IMG/VR virus record: IMGVR_UViG_3300037329_000040
Direction: 5' to 3' (one strand)
DNA length: 64,000 nucleotides
Source: an uncultured virus (IMG/VR IMGVR_UViG_3300037329_000040)
Taxonomy: Duplodnaviria > Heunggongvirae > Uroviricota > Caudoviricetes
Shown here: in pieces, positions 60,785-64,000 of the stretch
Numbering within the stretch: position 1 is the first letter of the stretch
How the letters are laid out: every line of letters begins with the position of its first letter
Notes under the pieces: generated by a model
The model's input: the letters and a program-made list of their open reading frames with translations, nothing else
Databases searched by the model: none
What the model was told of the DNA's origin: nothing
Made by a program: the position numbers and the translations under genes

Positions 60785-61096
60785 TTAGCTTTCTTCGACT
60801 AGCTCTGGCTCTTGGACAATCTCTACCCATTCCAGACCTTCTTCGTTCCAGTAAAAGTCACCTTCAGGCTTTTCGACCGGGGCAATCCAAAGAGTATTCT
60901 CTTCATTGAGCCCCCAGCTTTCGTGCTCCTTTAGGGGAAGAACAAGACCTAGCTCCTGGTAAAAGACATATCCGATGTTTGCGTTTTCAGACTCTACGCA
61001 AACCTTGCCAGTAAGCTCTTCAGCAATTTCTACTGACTTTGCTAAGATGACATTTACTACTATGTCATCACTTAAAACCGCTATTCTTTTAATCAT
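60785..61096 (-). CDS. small acidic protein, possible fibre chaperone
   Basis: VVNVILA...SW.LNE...WIAPVEKP...YWNEEGLEW. Confidence 0.65.
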   Translation of the reverse strand: MIKRIAVLSDDIVVNVILAKSVEIAEELTGKVCVESENANIGYVFYQELGLVLPLKEHESWGLNEENTLWIAPVEKPEGDFYWNEEGLEWVEIVQEPELVEES

Positions 61097-61097
61097 T

Positions 61098-62726
61098 TTA
61101 AGCAACCCATCTTAATCTAACTGCTCCGTTTTGCAGAGGCGCCCCGTAACCAAGGCCATTCAGGTTGGTGCTGGTTCTACCCCAGCCGTCTATTCCGGAG
61201 CCATAACCATTCATCGTGCTAGACTCGTAGTAAGTTCCCAGGGCGTCGTGACCACCCCTGTTATTATTGTAATCTTGCGAAGTAACTCCATGACCTACAG
61301 CTCCTACCGCCCGGTGTATGAACCCGTTGGCGCTACCACCGTCAGCAAACATTGACTGAAATCCAAGAACATCAGTCATAACGTACCTAGAAACATCTCC
61401 TACATCGGCGCCATTAATGAAGTTCATATTAAAATTAGTGCCAGTAAGTGAGCCATCGTTAAAGTTCCACATGTAATAGCTTGAGTGGTTTCCTTGCCGG
61501 ACGGTCATGTTTCCAGCCCCATTAGCTGTGTTTTGGTAAATAGGGAAAACTCCCCTTTTCTGTGCGTCAAAATGCCTAACATTTACAATCCGCATAGATA
61601 CATTGCTAATCAGATTGGATGACCCAGAGTCATAGGGGCCGCTTACGCTTCCACCTCCGCTTGTATCTGGGTACCAAATTGAGTGCCAATATCTGTTGTT
61701 ATTATTTTCATCCTGTACCGTAACGACGATAGCAGAAGAGTCCCTACTTTGTTGATTAACGACAGCCGTATACCTGCTCGTCGAACTTGCTGGAGATAGG
61801 CTGCTTGCGCTACGGAGGCTAAAAGACTGTGATGATTGTTGAAAAGTCGCACCTGAGTTTGACGAGTAGTGGTAGGTACCGTTGGCTTTAAAGGAATAAA
61901 CGGTAGAATTTGAGACAGTAAATACAACATCACCTCTTGAACTATTTGTATTTGAGAAGGCAGTAGTAGTAATATTGCTGGTATAGGCATGCCTATCTGA
62001 GGATACAAGTACCGCCTGGGTTCCACTTGTGGCAACCATGCTTCTGATTTGTGACCCATAGTTTACGGTTACCCACTCGGTGCCGTTTCCGGTAGAGTAT
62101 GCGTACCATGAGCCATAATCGGAGTATAGAATCCATATATTTCCGTTATGGTGCATAATCATATTTTTGTCATGTCGGATGTTTGCAAAATTTGTAGTAT
62201 CCCCCGTAATTGAGGTTACCGGAATCCAGGAGCCACCGCTGTTTGATGTGACCATTGCAGTTACACCATCGGAGCTGATTGCTATCCCCCTGTTATCATA
62301 AACGGCAAAGTTTCTAAAATTTGCTGTAGTGCCACTAGAAAAAGGGCTTTCAATTGTAATAGGGTAATTAGATTGTACGTTTCCAATTTCAAGGTTCTCT
62401 AGGTCAAGAAAGTCGCCAGACTGGGCACTGCTGCCTGTTAAACGCCCACCAGCTGCGACAAACCTGTTATCGAAAACTGTTTTCCCAGCAGTCACACCGT
62501 CTACTGTAGCTTTAGCCCCAATGATAATTGGGATTGATGCTTTTCCCATAACATTGTAAATGCCTGCTTGGATTCCTCCGCGACCTAGGCCGCTTCCTCC
62601 TCCCCCAGCAATAATGTACTCTACAGTCTTTACACCAATGGGTACCTGCCAGGTTTGTGAGGATGTAATTAGGGCCTCAAACTGCTGAGGGACCGGAGCT
62701 ACTACACCTAGTTGATTAATGGCCAT
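61098..62726 (-). CDS. putative tail fibre/adhesin (Gly-rich domain interrupted by a propeller-like region)
   Basis: TSSQTWQVPIGVKTVEYIIAGGGG N-terminus, SxxGxxW Asp-box-like motifs, GAVRLRW C-terminus. Confidence 0.65.
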   Translation of the reverse strand: MAINQLGVVAPVPQQFEALITSSQTWQVPIGVKTVEYIIAGGGGSGLGRGGIQAGIYNVMGKASIPIIIGAKATVDGVTAGKTVFDNRFVAAGGRLTGSSAQSGDFLDLENLEIGNVQSNYPITIESPFSSGTTANFRNFAVYDNRGIAISSDGVTAMVTSNSGGSWIPVTSITGDTTNFANIRHDKNMIMHHNGNIWILYSDYGSWYAYSTGNGTEWVTVNYGSQIRSMVATSGTQAVLVSSDRHAYTSNITTTAFSNTNSSRGDVVFTVSNSTVYSFKANGTYHYSSNSGATFQQSSQSFSLRSASSLSPASSTSRYTAVVNQQSRDSSAIVVTVQDENNNNRYWHSIWYPDTSGGGSVSGPYDSGSSNLISNVSMRIVNVRHFDAQKRGVFPIYQNTANGAGNMTVRQGNHSSYYMWNFNDGSLTGTNFNMNFINGADVGDVSRYVMTDVLGFQSMFADGGSANGFIHRAVGAVGHGVTSQDYNNNRGGHDALGTYYESSTMNGYGSGIDGWGRTSTNLNGLGYGAPLQNGAVRLRWVA

Positions 62727-63058
62727 TATGAAATCTCCAAACCGAATGCTGTAAACGTTAAGGCCAAGGCCGTATTTGATTTTACAGAGACAACGTCATC
62801 TCCATTAGCTGTAATTCCAAGTGTCAGGGTGGTGGTAGAGTTTCCTGCAATTACTGCGTCATAAACAATTGCCGTTCCTTCGTCTGCAGTAGCAGCATCT
62901 GGTCGAATAAAGATTCTGTATGTTGCGTTAAGGGCTGTGGTGTTTGCAACAGCGATGGTCGAAGCAATTGCCTGGCCGCCTGTTGGGACGGTATACAGGT
63001 CAGCGACGTTAGTATCTGCTGGCCTGGCCTGGCCTAGCACTTTGTATTCAGAAGCCAT
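62726..63058 (-). CDS. small virion-associated protein
   Basis: YKVLGQ..P...LYTVP...TAFGLEI. Coupled to the fibre gene. Confidence 0.7.
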   Translation of the reverse strand: MASEYKVLGQARPADTNVADLYTVPTGGQAIASTIAVANTTALNATYRIFIRPDAATADEGTAIVYDAVIAGNSTTTLTLGITANGDDVVSVKSNTALALTFTAFGLEIS

Positions 63059-63140
63059 GGGAAATTCCTTTTCTTTATTTTCTTGCCTTAGGCAAGTTTT
63101 GTTATACTATACATTATACGCTATTTTTAAGTTTTTTGTT

Positions 63141-64000
63141 TTAACCTTCAATTGAGTACTCATACAGCAAGAACTCTTCTAGATTGCCTGCCATGGTCAT
63201 TGGGTCAAACCACATACTATACACAGGGTATCTGTTAATGTACATCTCAAAAGTCTTTTCAGTGGTGTTTCCTGCGGTGTCTGTAGCACGGACTGTAAAA
63301 ATAGCCTCGTCTGCATCAGCTAGCAATGAGTCATCGCCAGTTATCTGACCGGTTTCTTCATCTATAGAAAACTCTGCGAATAGTGAACCTGAAACTATGC
63401 TGTAATCGATATCACTTGATTCAACGTCTTGAGCAACTAAGGATAATACTGTAGTATCTCCCTTTTCCCAAAACAGGGGAGAGTTTGTAATCCAAGATGC
63501 AAAAGTTCCAGCACTAATAGCGCTTGTCAATATGTGCTGAGCAGGAGCCTGGGTTGGCAGGGGAATTCCAGGGTTAAGAACAGTGATCGTATAGGGGTTA
63601 AAAGTAGGAGGCATATCGTCAGGCCTTGTAACCACTAACTCTGAAGAGGAAGTCCTTACAATGTTTTTTGCTGCCCTTACGACAAGGTCTGATCCGGTAA
63701 AGTCAACTGTAACATCCGTAGAAAAATTACCACCAATTATTGTCGTGGTGTCGTTAAAGCTTTCTAGCAAAGACGGCGTTGCGCTTGAGGCAAAGACAGG
63801 TGCTCCGTCGTCGATATTATTACTTGAAACGGTAAAGGTTGTGGACTTGGTTTCAAACTTAAGGGTGTCATCCGTTGTTGTTCCAACTACAGATATACGA
63901 ACAATTTCATCGGTGGCAATTAATCTGCCCTCTGTCGTGTACCCCACAAGATCTCCAGATGCATTGATTGCATAGATATCGTAGGTGCTGTCATCTTTTT
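63141..64000 (-). CDS. virion protein with IPT/TIG and cadherin/Ig-like domains, partial
   Basis: IIGGNF...YTITVLNP and YSIVSGSL...IDEETGQITG...FTVRATD. Frame open to the window edge. Confidence 0.7.
   Translation of the reverse strand, partial: KDDSTYDIYAINASGDLVGYTTEGRLIATDEIVRISVVGTTTDDTLKFETKSTTFTVSSNNIDDGAPVFASSATPSLLESFNDTTTIIGGNFSTDVTVDFTGSDLVVRAAKNIVRTSSSELVVTRPDDMPPTFNPYTITVLNPGIPLPTQAPAQHILTSAISAGTFASWITNSPLFWEKGDTTVLSLVAQDVESSDIDYSIVSGSLFAEFSIDEETGQITGDDSLLADADEAIFTVRATDTAGNTTEKTFEMYINRYPVYSMWFDPMTMAGNLEEFLLYEYSIEG

Overview
A 64-kb internal segment of a large tailed dsDNA phage, most likely a long-tailed siphovirus of Actinobacteria. The host inference rests on WhiB, actinobacterial-type class Ib nrdHIEF and glyA, an r1t-type holin, and many apparently leaderless genes. 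The minus strand carries, from right to left: virion fibre/accessory genes, portal, protease-scaffold, major capsid, head-tail genes, major tail protein, two paralogous tail assembly chaperones, a 2478-aa tape measure protein and minor tail proteins. It continues with a replication/recombination block (DnaB, DnaG, SSB, DnaE, RecA, Cas4-like and RuvC-like nucleases), terminase, nrdI-nrdE-nrdF-glyA, a three-tRNA cluster, a beta-propeller adhesin cassette, lysis genes and WhiB. A plus-strand island carries nrdH, groES, thyX, tRNA-Arg and an HNH gene. The main leads are: (1) duplicated tail chaperones that seem to replace the usual G/GT frameshift; (2) unassigned structured non-coding regions, including a six-hairpin element inside the tRNA operon and a ~300-nt locus at 5.4-5.7 kb; (3) a self-contained RNR-ThyX-SHMT thymidylate loop; (4) systematic leaderless promoter architecture; (5) a possible His-Me nuclease-like motif inside the tape measure protein. 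I saw no CRISPR array, integrase, reverse transcriptase or intein. All family calls come from motif recognition by eye, not database searches.
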